From positions 152,364 to 216,363 of the forward strand of contig JAXLYM010000003.1 of assembly GCA_046351455.1 (NCBI GenBank): a DNA stretch of 64,000 bases, read 5' to 3'. Source of the stretch: Polyangiaceae bacterium (GTDB taxonomy: Bacteria; Myxococcota_A; Polyangia; Polyangiales; Polyangiaceae). Positions within the stretch are counted from its first letter, which is position 1. Each line of letters starts with the position of its first letter. Position numbers and translations under genes: made by a program. The notes under the pieces are model-generated. The model saw only the letters and a list, made by a program, of their open reading frames with translations, was not told the DNA's origin and did not search any database. This document shows positions 33,684 through 43,473 of the stretch, in pieces.

Positions 33684-35078
33684 TCAGGCCTGCTGCTGCG
33701 CGCGCGATCGAAGGACGCGCGATTGCAGGAATTGGTAGAGGATCTTGATCGCGTCGAAGGAGCCGACGTGGCTCTCTTTGATGACCTGGCTCACGGTGCG
33801 CTGGCCGTTCACCGCCTCGAGCACGAGCTTCTCCGGCCGCGTGAGCTTGTCCTCGCCGAGCGAGTCGAGCGCCGCCGGATCCACGTAGACCACCTGATCG
33901 AAGTTGATCGTGGTCTCCATCAGCCGCCACTCGTCGACGCGGCGGAACCCTTCGAGCACGAGCGCCGCGACGCTGAGGCCGAGGCGCGCGGCCTCCGCCT
34001 CGGGACGGAAGGCCTCCCGCGTGAAGGAGAAGCGGCCGTACGCCCAGCGCAGCATGTCGTAGACGAGCTCGCTCGACTGCCGCTCCAGCGCCTCCTGCAC
34101 CTCTTCGGGCTTCACCTTGCCGCTCAGTACGAGGCTCTCGCCGATGAGCTTCTCGCCTTCGCGCGAGTCCTTGAGGATGTCCTCCAGCTCGTCGCGGTGC
34201 ACGTGGCCCTTCTCGATGAAGTAGCGGCCGAGCCGGAACTCCTCCGCGAGGCCGCGCGACTGCACGAGATCGATCAGGCCCTGGCGCAGGTAGATCGTGA
34301 CGGCGCTCTTCTGGTTGGAGATGCGGATCACGCCCGTTTGCCGCTGCATCTGCAGGACCTGGAGCACCTCGGCGAGCGGGATGGCCGCGATGTCGCCGGT
34401 GAGCACCTCGCGCGAGGTGCCCTCCTGATCCATGTCGCGCAACGTCATCACGAGCGAGCCCATCACGTCGCTGGTGAACGAGCGCACGATCGTCGTGAGC
34501 AGCGCCGCCTCGTTTCCGCGGTCCCCTTGCGGGAGCGCGAGCAGGCTCGGCACGACGGCGGCGGCGATCTGCTGCGCGAACTGGATGGCGGCGCGCTGCT
34601 TCTGGCCCTTCGCCATCGCCTGCGGGCGCACGCTGTCCTGGATCGTGTCCTCGTCGGGCATCGCCTGCCCTTCGGGGACGGGGCGCGCGCGGCCCTCCGC
34701 GGTCTTCGCGAGCGCGCCCTCGATCACCGCGACGAGCGCGCGCGCGTCGAATGGCTTCGTGATCGCGTCGACCGCGCCCGTCTGCTGGACGAACTGCCCG
34801 CGGATCTTGTCGCCCTTCGCGCTCATCAGCACGACGGGCAGCGAGCGGTGCGCCGGGTTCGACCGCAGCTCGCGGCAGAACTGGTAGCCGTTCATCCGTG
34901 GCATCACGAAATCGAGCAGGACGAGGTCGAATTTCGGCCCCCGCTTGATCATGTCGATGCCGGCGATTCCGTCGCGCGCGACCGCGGCCTCGTACCCGTT
35001 GCGGGTGAGGATGGCGCTCACGACCTTCAGGATGGTCGGGCTGTCATCAACGATCAGGACGCGCGCGGGCGAGGCCAT
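33684..35078 (-). CDS. response regulator: receiver domain plus DUF4388-like domains
   Basis: Receiver motifs LIVDDS, DLVLLDFVMP (phospho-acceptor Asp) and SAKGD. The C-terminal half has DUF4388-like segments. Confidence 0.75.
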   Translation of the reverse strand: MASPARVLIVDDSPTILKVVSAILTRNGYEAAVARDGIAGIDMIKRGPKFDLVLLDFVMPRMNGYQFCRELRSNPAHRSLPVVLMSAKGDKIRGQFVQQTGAVDAITKPFDARALVAVIEGALAKTAEGRARPVPEGQAMPDEDTIQDSVRPQAMAKGQKQRAAIQFAQQIAAAVVPSLLALPQGDRGNEAALLTTIVRSFTSDVMGSLVMTLRDMDQEGTSREVLTGDIAAIPLAEVLQVLQMQRQTGVIRISNQKSAVTIYLRQGLIDLVQSRGLAEEFRLGRYFIEKGHVHRDELEDILKDSREGEKLIGESLVLSGKVKPEEVQEALERQSSELVYDMLRWAYGRFSFTREAFRPEAEAARLGLSVAALVLEGFRRVDEWRLMETTINFDQVVYVDPAALDSLGEDKLTRPEKLVLEAVNGQRTVSQVIKESHVGSFDAIKILYQFLQSRVLRSRAQQQA

Positions 35079-35134
35079 GGAGGGAGGTCAGCGGCGAACG
35101 GTAACAGAAAGTGCGGGCGCGGTGAGCGATCGGC

Positions 35135-37057
35135 TCAATACCCCTGATCGTCTTTTGTGACGGGGGCCGGCTCCGCGAGGCTCTTCAGCGCCACTTCCGC
35201 GAGCTGCCCCGGATCCACGGTGACGGGGGCGCCGGTCATCTGATCGGTCCCCTGGTTGGTCTTCGGGAAGGGGATGACGTCGCGGAGGTTGGGCGCGCCG
35301 GTCAGCAGCATGACGAGGCGATCCATGCCGAACGCGATGCCGCCGTGCGGCGGGGCGCCGGATTTGAGCGCGTCGAGGAGGAACCCGAACTTCTCCCGCG
35401 CGCTCTCGATGGAGAGGCCCAGCGTCGCGAACACCTTCTGCTGCACCTCGGGATCGTGCAGACGCACCGACCCGCCGCCCAGCTCGAAGCCGTTCAGCAC
35501 GAGGTCGTAGCGGTAGCAGAGCACGCGCGCCGGATCGCTCTCCAGGTACTGGATGTGCTCGTCGACGGGCCGCGTGAACGCGTGGTGCGCGGCGGCCCAC
35601 GTGCCGTGCTCCTCGTCGTACTCGAAGAGCGGCGGGTTCACGACCCAGAGGAACTTCCATTTCCCGCCGTGCCCGTATTCGGGGATGAGGCCCATCTTCT
35701 TCGCGACGTCGACGCGGAGCCGCGCCATCACGGTGTGCACCACGTCGGTCTTGCCGAACTGGAAGAAGATGAAGTCACCGGGCTTGGCGCCGACGGCCTC
35801 GTTGATGCGAGCGCGCGCCTCGGGCGTGATGCTCTTGGACAGCGGCGACTGCGCCCACGATCCGTCCTCCGCGATCTTCGCGCGGGCGAGCCCCTTGAAG
35901 CCCTTGATGTCGCGGAGCCCCTTCTCCAGCTCCTCGGCCTGCGGACGCGACAGGTTCGCGCTCGCCGGCACGACGAGGGCCTTCACGATCTCGGGCTTGA
36001 TGTCCTTGCGGAAGGTGCCGCTCTTGAACTTGCTCGCGAGCTCGTGCCAGAACGGCACGCCGCCGCCGTCGAGCTCGATGATGAGCTCGGTGAGATCGAC
36101 GTGCGGCAGATCGAAGCGCATGTCCGGCTTGTCGTTGCCGTACTTGTCCATCGACTCCGCGAACGGGAGCTGCGGGAAGCGCCCGCTCGGATAGATCTCG
36201 TGCAGATCGATCCCGAGCGCCTGCTTCATGACGGCGAAGACGAGGCCCTCCATCAGCTTGAAGATGTCGTCCTGGTTCACGAACGACATCTCGACGTCGA
36301 TCTGCGTGAATTCCGGCTGCCGATCGATGCGGAGATCCTCGTCGCGGAAGCACTTCACGATCTGGAAGTACCGATCGAAGCCCGACACCATGAAGAGCTG
36401 TTTGTAGAGCTGCGGGCTCTCCGCGAGGGCGTAGAACTTCCCCGGAGAGAGGCGCGCGGGCACGAGGAAGTTGCGGGCGCCGCCCGGCGTGTACTTGACG
36501 AGGAACGGCGTCTCCAGCTCCAGGCAGCCCTGGTCGGAGAGGTAGTTGCGCGTGGCGCGGTTGATCTCGTGGCGGAGCCGCAGCGTGCGCTGGAGCGGGG
36601 CGCGGCGCAGATCGACGTAGCGGTACTGGAGGCGGATCTCCTCGCGCGTGTCGATCTGGTCGGCGACCTCGAAGGGCGGCGTCTCGGCCTTGTTGAAGAC
36701 GGTGGCCTCGTGCACCACGATCTCGATCTCCCCGGTCGGGAGCTTCGGGTTGGTGGCGCTCACCAGCTTGTTCTCCTTCTTGCTCCACTGCTCCCCGCGC
36801 GAGCGCACGGTGCCGCGGACGCCGACCACCCACTCGCCGCGCATCGCCTCGGCGAGGTCGTGCGCCTCCTTGGCGACGTCGGGATCGAACACGATCTGGG
36901 TGAGGCCGTCGCGATCTCGGAGATCGATGAAGATGAGGGCGCCGTGGTCGCGGCGGTTCTGCACCCACCCGAACAGCACGACCTCCTTGCCGATGTCGGC
37001 CGCGCGGAGATCTCCGCAGCGATGCGTGCGCTTCAGCTCATCGATGAAACGAGACAT
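35135..37057 (-). CDS. aspS: aspartate--tRNA ligase
   Basis: Full-length class II aaRS. N-terminal OB-fold (VLFGWVQNRRDHGALIFIDLRDRDG), motifs 1-3 including QLYKQLLM and GGGIGIDRL-like GIAFGMDRLVML. Confidence 0.95.
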   Translation of the reverse strand: MSRFIDELKRTHRCGDLRAADIGKEVVLFGWVQNRRDHGALIFIDLRDRDGLTQIVFDPDVAKEAHDLAEAMRGEWVVGVRGTVRSRGEQWSKKENKLVSATNPKLPTGEIEIVVHEATVFNKAETPPFEVADQIDTREEIRLQYRYVDLRRAPLQRTLRLRHEINRATRNYLSDQGCLELETPFLVKYTPGGARNFLVPARLSPGKFYALAESPQLYKQLFMVSGFDRYFQIVKCFRDEDLRIDRQPEFTQIDVEMSFVNQDDIFKLMEGLVFAVMKQALGIDLHEIYPSGRFPQLPFAESMDKYGNDKPDMRFDLPHVDLTELIIELDGGGVPFWHELASKFKSGTFRKDIKPEIVKALVVPASANLSRPQAEELEKGLRDIKGFKGLARAKIAEDGSWAQSPLSKSITPEARARINEAVGAKPGDFIFFQFGKTDVVHTVMARLRVDVAKKMGLIPEYGHGGKWKFLWVVNPPLFEYDEEHGTWAAAHHAFTRPVDEHIQYLESDPARVLCYRYDLVLNGFELGGGSVRLHDPEVQQKVFATLGLSIESAREKFGFLLDALKSGAPPHGGIAFGMDRLVMLLTGAPNLRDVIPFPKTNQGTDQMTGAPVTVDPGQLAEVALKSLAEPAPVTKDDQGY

Positions 37058-37219
37058 TTGACCGGTGCTCCTCTTCGGTTCCAGGGAGCCCGCGCCGCGA
37101 TCTGCGCGTCGAGACGAACGAGATGGGCCGGGCGGCGCGCACCATACAGCGCGGCGCGCCGTCGGTACAGAACGTCCGCCGCCTTTGCAGTTGGCTCGTC
37201 CTTGCTATCCTTCGCGACC

Positions 37220-37549
37220 ATGGCGCAGAGCCCCCGTGAAGGACTCGACGACGACTCCGCGATCAAGACCGAGTCGAAGAAGAAGACCGAGAAGGTCCGC
37301 AGGTGGCAGGTCGTCCTCCACAACGATGACTACACGACCATGGAATTCGTGGTCTTCATCCTCATGAAGTTCTTCCACAAGAGCGAGACCGAGGCGACGC
37401 ACATCATGCTCAGCGTGCACCACATGGGCCGCGGCGTCGCCGGCGTGTACACGAAGGACGTCGCGGAGACGAAGGTGAAGGAGGTCTCCGACTACGCGAA
37501 GGAGCGCGGCATGCCGCTGCGTCTCACGGCGGAGCCGGCCGACGAGTAG
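37220..37549 (+). CDS. clpS: ATP-dependent Clp protease adaptor ClpS
   Basis: VVLHNDDYTTMEFVVFILMKFF and HHMGRGVAGVYTKDVAETK match the ClpS family. Directly upstream of clpA. Confidence 0.9.
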   Translation: MAQSPREGLDDDSAIKTESKKKTEKVRRWQVVLHNDDYTTMEFVVFILMKFFHKSETEATHIMLSVHHMGRGVAGVYTKDVAETKVKEVSDYAKERGMPLRLTAEPADE

Positions 37550-37651
37550 ATCGCGTCGGGAGCGGTGGGGGCTGGCGAAGGCCCGTCCGCCGCTTCATGT
37601 TCGTTGCGTTTCGCACCCGCCCCAGAAGTCCGAATCACCCCCAAGGACATC

Positions 37652-39955
37652 ATGCGTATCAGCCCCGAGGTCGAAGTCGCTTTCTCCCTGGCCACGCGGG
37701 AAGCCGCCCGCCGCAAGCACGAATACGTGACGCTGGAGCACCTGCTCTACGCGCTGCTCTTCGACACCGACACCGCCGGCGCCGTGAAGCACGCGGGCGG
37801 TGATGTCTCCAAGATCAAGACGCGCCTCGTCGCCTACCTCGACAACGAGGTGGAGCAGCTGAAAGAGGAGACGCAGCCGAGCTTGTCGCTCGGGTTCCAG
37901 CGCGTGGTCGGCCGCGCGGCGATGCACGTGCAGACGTCGGGAAAGAACGAGCTGAAGGGCGTCAACGTCCTCGTGGCGATGTTCGCGGAGCGCGACTCCC
38001 CGGCCGCGGCGATCCTGGACGAGCTCGGGGTCACGCGGTTCGACGTCGTGAACTTCATCTCGCACGGCATCTCGAAGACGGGCCAGGACGACGTCGCGCG
38101 CGAAGAGGCGCCGGGCGCGGATCAGCCGCAGGGCGACGACGACGACGCGGCGCCGGTGAAGGACCCGCTCGCCGCCTACACGCTGAACCTCAACAAGGAG
38201 GCGGCGGAGGGCCGCATCGATCCTCTGGTGGGCCGCGAAAACGAGGTCGAGCGCACGATTCAGGTGCTCGCGCGCCGCCGCAAGAACAACCCGCTCCTCA
38301 TCGGAGACGCGGGCGTCGGCAAGACGGCGATCGTGGAGGGCCTCGCGCAGAAGATCACGAAGGGCGAGGTGCCGGAGGCGATCAAGGGCTCCACGGTCTA
38401 CTCGCTCGACATGGGCGCGCTGCTCGCGGGCACGCGCTTCCGCGGCGACTTCGAGAACCGGATGAAGGCCGTGTTGAAGGCGCTGGAGAAGCAGCCGGGC
38501 GCGGTCCTCTTCATCGACGAGATCCACACGATCATCGGCGCCGGCGCCGCGAGCGGCGGCACCATGGACGCGTCCAATCTATTGAAGCCGGCGCTCGCGT
38601 CGGGCCGTCTGCGCTGCATCGGCGCGACGACGTTCCAGGAGTACCGCGGCCATCTGGAGCGGGACAGCGCGCTCGCACGCCGCTTCCAGCGCATCGAGGT
38701 GAACGAGCCTTCGATCGACGAGACGATCAAGATCCTCCAGGGCCTGATCAAGCACTACGAGTCGTTCCACAAGGTGAAGTACACGACGGAGGCGATCGAG
38801 GCCGCGGCGCGCCTGGCGGGCCGGTATCTGCAGGACCGCAAGCTGCCGGACAAGGCGATCGACCTCATCGACGAGAGCGGCGCGTCGAAGCGCCTCGCGG
38901 TGGGCAACGGCGGCACGGTGGAGGTCGGCGACATCGAGAAGATCGTCGCGAAGATGGCGCAGATCCCGCCGCGCCAGGTCAGCTCGGACGACAAGAGCCA
39001 GCTGCGCCACCTGGAGGACACGCTGAAGGGCGCGATCTTCGGTCAGGACGACGCGGTGAAGCAGCTCGCGGCGGCGATCAAGGTGTCGCGCGCCGGCCTC
39101 CGCGCGCAGGAGAAGCCGATTGGCTCCTTCCTGTTCACGGGCCCGACGGGCGTCGGCAAGACGGAGCTGGCCAAGCAGCTCGCGAAGGCGCTCGGCATCT
39201 CGTTCCTGCGATTCGACATGAGCGAGTACCAGGAGCGTCACACGGTGTCGCGACTCATCGGCGCGCCCCCCGGATACGTGGGATTCGACCGAGGAGGCTT
39301 GTTGACGGAGGCGGCGGCGAAGACGCCTCATGCGGTGTTGTTGCTCGACGAGATCGAGAAGGCGCACCCGGACATCTTCCAGGTGCTCCTCCAGGTGATG
39401 GATCACGGCACGTTGACCGATAACAACGGCAAGAAGAGCGATTTCCGCCACATGGTGCTCATCCTGACGAGCAACGTCGGCGCGCGGGAGCTGACTCAGG
39501 TCCGGGTCGGCTTCGGCGATCGGGGCGTCTCGGGCGACGACGACAAGGCCTACAAGAACGTGTTCAGCCCCGAGTTCCGCAATCGATTGGACGCGCGCAT
39601 CATGTTCAAGGCGCTGGACCCGTCGATCATGGGCAGCATCGTAGACAAGTTCGTCAAGGAGCTCGGAGAGCGTTTGGCGGACCGCAAAGCCACGTTGTCC
39701 GTCACGGAGGCGGCCCGCAACTACCTTGCTGAGAAGGGGTATGACCCCCAGTTCGGCGCGCGGCCGCTGGCCCGAGTCATCGAGAACGAAGTGACACGGA
39801 AGCTCACGGACGAGATCTTGTTTGGCGCGCTGGAGAACGGCGGCCACGTCGAGGTCGGACACGACGGCAAAGAGCTGCAGTTCACGTTCACGGCCGCGAA
39901 GGAAGAAGGCGAAGAGAAGAAGCCGGTCAAGCCGGAAGTCTCCCCGCTCAACTGA
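37652..39955 (+). CDS. clpA: ATP-dependent Clp protease ATP-binding subunit ClpA
   Basis: Two AAA+ modules with Walker A GDAGVGKT and GPTGVGKT, Clp N-domain, and sensor motifs. Start set at [11 protein letters not shown]. Confidence 0.95.
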   Translation: MRISPEVEVAFSLATREAARRKHEYVTLEHLLYALLFDTDTAGAVKHAGGDVSKIKTRLVAYLDNEVEQLKEETQPSLSLGFQRVVGRAAMHVQTSGKNELKGVNVLVAMFAERDSPAAAILDELGVTRFDVVNFISHGISKTGQDDVAREEAPGADQPQGDDDDAAPVKDPLAAYTLNLNKEAAEGRIDPLVGRENEVERTIQVLARRRKNNPLLIGDAGVGKTAIVEGLAQKITKGEVPEAIKGSTVYSLDMGALLAGTRFRGDFENRMKAVLKALEKQPGAVLFIDEIHTIIGAGAASGGTMDASNLLKPALASGRLRCIGATTFQEYRGHLERDSALARRFQRIEVNEPSIDETIKILQGLIKHYESFHKVKYTTEAIEAAARLAGRYLQDRKLPDKAIDLIDESGASKRLAVGNGGTVEVGDIEKIVAKMAQIPPRQVSSDDKSQLRHLEDTLKGAIFGQDDAVKQLAAAIKVSRAGLRAQEKPIGSFLFTGPTGVGKTELAKQLAKALGISFLRFDMSEYQERHTVSRLIGAPPGYVGFDRGGLLTEAAAKTPHAVLLLDEIEKAHPDIFQVLLQVMDHGTLTDNNGKKSDFRHMVLILTSNVGARELTQVRVGFGDRGVSGDDDKAYKNVFSPEFRNRLDARIMFKALDPSIMGSIVDKFVKELGERLADRKATLSVTEAARNYLAEKGYDPQFGARPLARVIENEVTRKLTDEILFGALENGGHVEVGHDGKELQFTFTAAKEEGEEKKPVKPEVSPLN

Positions 39956-39969
39956 CGCGCACGAACACA

Positions 39970-39992
39970 ACGCTCCGGAGACTCCGGAGCGT
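39970..39992. terminator. perfect GC-rich palindrome/hairpin (ACGCTCCGGAG-A-CTCCGGAGCGT) between convergent clpA and downstream gene
   Basis: Inverted repeat read directly from the sequence. No U-tract, as usual in high-GC genomes. Confidence 0.35.
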
Positions 39993-40032
39993 CCCCCTCC
40001 CCACCGTCCCCTCCCCCAACAGTCCTCTTCCG

Positions 40033-40061
40033 CTGCGCACCCACAACAAGCTGGGTGCGCA
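40033..40061. terminator. second hairpin (TGCGCACCC-loop-GGGTGCGCA) in the same convergent intergenic region
   Basis: Inverted repeat with 9-bp stem. Confidence 0.3.
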
Positions 40062-40071
40062 ACGGCGTGCG

Positions 40072-40584
40072 TCACCCCGCGCGCTGACTGAGGATGTTCG
40101 GCGTCCGCATCGCCAGCGCATCCATGCGGTCCTTCGCGGTCTTCCCGAGCGGCACAAGCTCATCCGGCAACTTCGCGAAGAACGTCTTCACGATCTCCGG
40201 CGGCGGCTCCGTGACCACGGCGTCCGCCGGGGGCGTCACATACACCTTGATCGAGATCTTCGTCACGCCGCCGATCGGCAGCGGCGCCTCCTCCGGGAAC
40301 GTCTTGTCGAAGGCCGCGAGCGCTCCCACGAGCAGCGCGCCCCGCAACGCCGCGTCTCCGGAGTCCGTGTATTCCTCCACGCGGAACGGGGGCGCATAGG
40401 CCTTGTCGAAGCGGGTCCGGAGGAGCGCTGTCGCCTCCGGTCGGGCGATCAACACGTCCGACTCGTACCCTTGGCCCGGAGGGCCGCCGCGGTCCCAGTA
40501 ATCGACGCCGAGCCTGCCCGGATCACCGCTCGTCACCGCCTCGCGCAGCTTCGTGAGGATCTCGTCTCGGGCTTGGTCGCTCAT
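40072..40584 (-). CDS. hypothetical small protein; candidate immunity protein for the adjacent PAAR-metalloprotease
   Basis: 170-aa ORF starting 16 bp downstream of the PAAR-toxin gene on the same strand. No signal peptide. Confidence 0.55.
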   Translation of the reverse strand: MSDQARDEILTKLREAVTSGDPGRLGVDYWDRGGPPGQGYESDVLIARPEATALLRTRFDKAYAPPFRVEEYTDSGDAALRGALLVGALAAFDKTFPEEAPLPIGGVTKISIKVYVTPPADAVVTEPPPEIVKTFFAKLPDELVPLGKTAKDRMDALAMRTPNILSQRAG

Positions 40585-40600
40585 CTTCGTGGCTCTCTGT

Positions 40601-41620
40601 TCAAGGCAGGCCGTAGTTGGTCAGGATCTGCTGATACTGGTCGTCGTACGGGTGGGGGGCGGCTCCATTGCTCGGCCACGTCTGCGACATGATGTTGTTG
40701 GTCTTGCTCGGGTCATTGGGGACGCTGCCATTGAATTTGCGCGGCGGCCAGCCCCACTGCCACGAATAATCATCGTGGTACTCGTCCTGCAAACCGAGCG
40801 AATGGCCATATTCGTGCGCCGCCACGTAGTTGTTGGCGTTCGCGTCGGCCGAAGTCTGATGCCCGTCGCCGTCGCCGTACAAGCTCTGGTTCGACCGCGT
40901 GGTGGAGTCGTCCACGATGATCTGGTCGTACCCCGGCGTCGCGGACGTGCCCGGACCCCGGTATTGCGACGTGACATCCACGTTGACCGTGTACGTCTCC
41001 CCGTTGATCGTCGTCGTGCGGCCGCCCCACATCGCCTCGATCTGCGCCTCCGCGCGGGCCGCGTACTCCGGAGATGCGTTCGGGCCGGAGTATTCGAGGA
41101 ACGAGAGGATATAGATGTTGTGCGTCTCGGTGCTGATCGCCACCAGCGAGTTGCCCGCGCGCGAGCCCGGCGTCCACCCCGGATGCGCCTTGAATTTCAG
41201 CGTCGGACCGCCGATCTCCACCGTGGCCGCGCCCTGCGTGATCTCTCCGGTGCAGAGGGATTGATCCGTCTTTCGGGACGCGAATCGGCCCTCGATCATC
41301 ACCGTCTCGCTGCCCCACGCGATCGGGTTCGGGCCGTGGAACCACTGCTTGCAGTCGTTCGTGTCCGTCACGCGCGCGGCTGGGAGACCCTCGATGTCGG
41401 TCTTCTGGGCGCACGGGACGGTGATCTCGCTGCCGGAAGAATGCGAGGTGTCATCGGTCTTGCGGGCTGCAGGCAGGGACGGCACGACATCACCTCGGCG
41501 CGGTCTCGACTCGAAAGCGGCGAGGCTATCCGATCCGGCGAGGTCGGAGAAGAGCGGGGCACCTCTCCGCTTGCGAGCCCCGCGAAACTGAGGCAAGCCG
41601 CGCTGGATGCTCTCCGGCAA
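40601..41620 (-). CDS. PAAR-domain protein with C-terminal zinc metalloprotease domain (HExxHxxGxxD, snapalysin-like)
   Basis: Three PAAR-type repeats (SLPAARKTDD, GLPAARVTDTNDC, RFASRKTDQSLC) followed by AAHEYGHSLGLQDEY. The ATG at 41620 overlaps the divergent kinase start; an in-frame GTG at 41485 (DVVPSLPAAR) is an alternative start. Confidence 0.75.
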   Translation of the reverse strand: MPESIQRGLPQFRGARKRRGAPLFSDLAGSDSLAAFESRPRRGDVVPSLPAARKTDDTSHSSGSEITVPCAQKTDIEGLPAARVTDTNDCKQWFHGPNPIAWGSETVMIEGRFASRKTDQSLCTGEITQGAATVEIGGPTLKFKAHPGWTPGSRAGNSLVAISTETHNIYILSFLEYSGPNASPEYAARAEAQIEAMWGGRTTTINGETYTVNVDVTSQYRGPGTSATPGYDQIIVDDSTTRSNQSLYGDGDGHQTSADANANNYVAAHEYGHSLGLQDEYHDDYSWQWGWPPRKFNGSVPNDPSKTNNIMSQTWPSNGAAPHPYDDQYQQILTNYGLP

Positions 41621-43415
41621 GGTGCGGTGGCGGGAAGTGGCGCTCTACGCGCTGTTCGCGCTCGTACCCGCCGTGAGCCTCGCCGTGCTGGCGCTGTCGG
41701 CCGTCGGGAGCGCGGAGGCCGCCGCGCAACGCGAGGTCGCCGCCATGGTCGCGGGCGCCGCCGAACGATCGCAGCGCACCCTCGACGGCGCGCTTCGGGA
41801 CGCGGAGCGCGCGCTCGGCAAGAGCGCCCTCGACGACGAGGATCCGGCGCGCTTCGAGGACGATCTGCGCGGGCTCTCGCCGGTGTTCGCGGACGCCGTC
41901 GCGATCGCGCCGGACCGCTCGTTTCGATTCCCACGCGCGCAAGCCGCCGGGCCCGCGGTGCGCGACGCGGCGTGCGACGACGAGGGCGCGAAGCTCGCCG
42001 CCGCCACCTCCGCGGACGAACGGCGCGCGTCGCGAAAACGGCTGCTCTCAGCCTGTCGCGAGGCGCGCGCGGGCTCGGGGCGCATGTGGTGGCCGCTCGT
42101 CGCGATCGACGCGCTGCGGGACGGCGACGGCGATGGAGCGGCGCTCGCGGAGTGGATCGACGCGCACGCGGCCGCGCTCTCCCCGCTGGAACGGCGCGCG
42201 ACGGCGCTCGACGTGGAGGCGCTCCCGAACCTCGCGGACGAGGTCAAACAACGCATCGCCTCGGCCCTCGCGTCGCCCCGCTCACGGCGCGACGATCTGG
42301 CGCGGGAGCTCGACGCCCCCGAGGCGCGCGCGGCGATCGAGCGGGCGCAGCGATCTTCGCTCGTGGTGCCGTGGAAGAGCGCGACGGCCAGCGGCGCCGT
42401 GCGCGTGACTGGCGATCACACCGTGTGCGGGTACGTGGTGCACGAGGGCTCGCTCTCCGACGCGATCGCGCAGGGGAGGCTTGAAATCCCGGGCGATCTG
42501 CGCGCGGAGGTCGCGGCGAGCGGCGCGCTGCCCCGCGGCGTGCCGGCGGCCTCCGTCGAGGTGGCGCCTTCCTTGTTCGTGCGGTTCGCCCCGCGCGATC
42601 CGGGGATCGTCGCGCGGCAGGCGCGGCGGAGCCGTCTCGTGTTGGGCGGCGTGGGCATCGGATCCACCTTGTTCGCGTGCGTGCTCGCGTGGCTCCTGTA
42701 CCGGCGAATGCGCGCGGTGGAGCGCCTCAGCGATCTGCGGACCGATTTCGTGTCGGCCGTCTCGCACGAGCTGCGCACGCCGATCGCGTCGGTCCGGATG
42801 CTGGCGGAGCTGCTCGAAGAGGGCCGCGTGGAGGCGGGCGAACAGGCCGAGATCTACGAAGCGCTGGCCCGCGAAGCGCGCCGCCTCGGCGACACGGTGG
42901 ATCGACTGCTCGGCTTCAGTCGGATGGCCGCGGGGCGCTACAAGGTCGAGCGGCGCCGCGCGAACGTGGCGTCCGCGGTGACCGCCTCTCTCGCCGCCTT
43001 CGAGGAGCAGAATCCGGCCGGCCCGAGCGTGGAGCGCGATCTCGACGCCTCGATCGAAGCGGACATCGACGCAGGCCAGATCCAGCTCGCCGTCGACAAC
43101 CTCCTCGCGAACGCGAAGAAGTACGCGCCCGACGGCGGCCCGTACCGCGTGACCGTCGCGCGCCACGAGGGCGGCGTCGCGATCCGCGTGAAAGACAGCG
43201 GCCCCGGCGTCGAGCCGCGCGATCAAAAGCGCATCTTCGAGCCGTTCGAGCGCGCCGACGATCGCCTGAGCCGCGCCACGGAGGGCAGCGGAATCGGCCT
43301 CTCGCTGGTGGCGCACGTCGCGAGGGCGCACGGCGGCCGCGCCTGGGTCGAGAGCGCACCAGGCAAAGGCGCCACGTTCCACGTCTGGATTCCGGCCCCG
43401 GAGGGTACCCCATGA
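41607..43415 (+). CDS. sensor histidine kinase
   Basis: HisKA motif SHELRTPIASV and HATPase motifs (N box LLANAKKYAP, G boxes DSGPGV, GSGIGLSLV). Start uncertain (alternative ATG at 41745). Confidence 0.8.
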   Translation: MLSGKVRWREVALYALFALVPAVSLAVLALSAVGSAEAAAQREVAAMVAGAAERSQRTLDGALRDAERALGKSALDDEDPARFEDDLRGLSPVFADAVAIAPDRSFRFPRAQAAGPAVRDAACDDEGAKLAAATSADERRASRKRLLSACREARAGSGRMWWPLVAIDALRDGDGDGAALAEWIDAHAAALSPLERRATALDVEALPNLADEVKQRIASALASPRSRRDDLARELDAPEARAAIERAQRSSLVVPWKSATASGAVRVTGDHTVCGYVVHEGSLSDAIAQGRLEIPGDLRAEVAASGALPRGVPAASVEVAPSLFVRFAPRDPGIVARQARRSRLVLGGVGIGSTLFACVLAWLLYRRMRAVERLSDLRTDFVSAVSHELRTPIASVRMLAELLEEGRVEAGEQAEIYEALAREARRLGDTVDRLLGFSRMAAGRYKVERRRANVASAVTASLAAFEEQNPAGPSVERDLDASIEADIDAGQIQLAVDNLLANAKKYAPDGGPYRVTVARHEGGVAIRVKDSGPGVEPRDQKRIFEPFERADDRLSRATEGSGIGLSLVAHVARAHGGRAWVESAPGKGATFHVWIPAPEGTP

Positions 43416-43473
43416 GGCTTATCGAAACTGCCACTTTGATAGCTGGCGAGACAGCCACTCTGGAGGCCGCACG

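Noticed and set aside
35345-37219. 5' part of 734-aa plus-strand ORF 35345..37549; also 35775..36968 minus ORF
   Set aside because: Antisense or out of frame to aspS, which is full-length and canonical. Only the clpS portion (37220..37549) is genuine.
38579-40075. 498-aa minus-strand ORF and other ORFs inside clpA
   Set aside because: Antisense to clpA.
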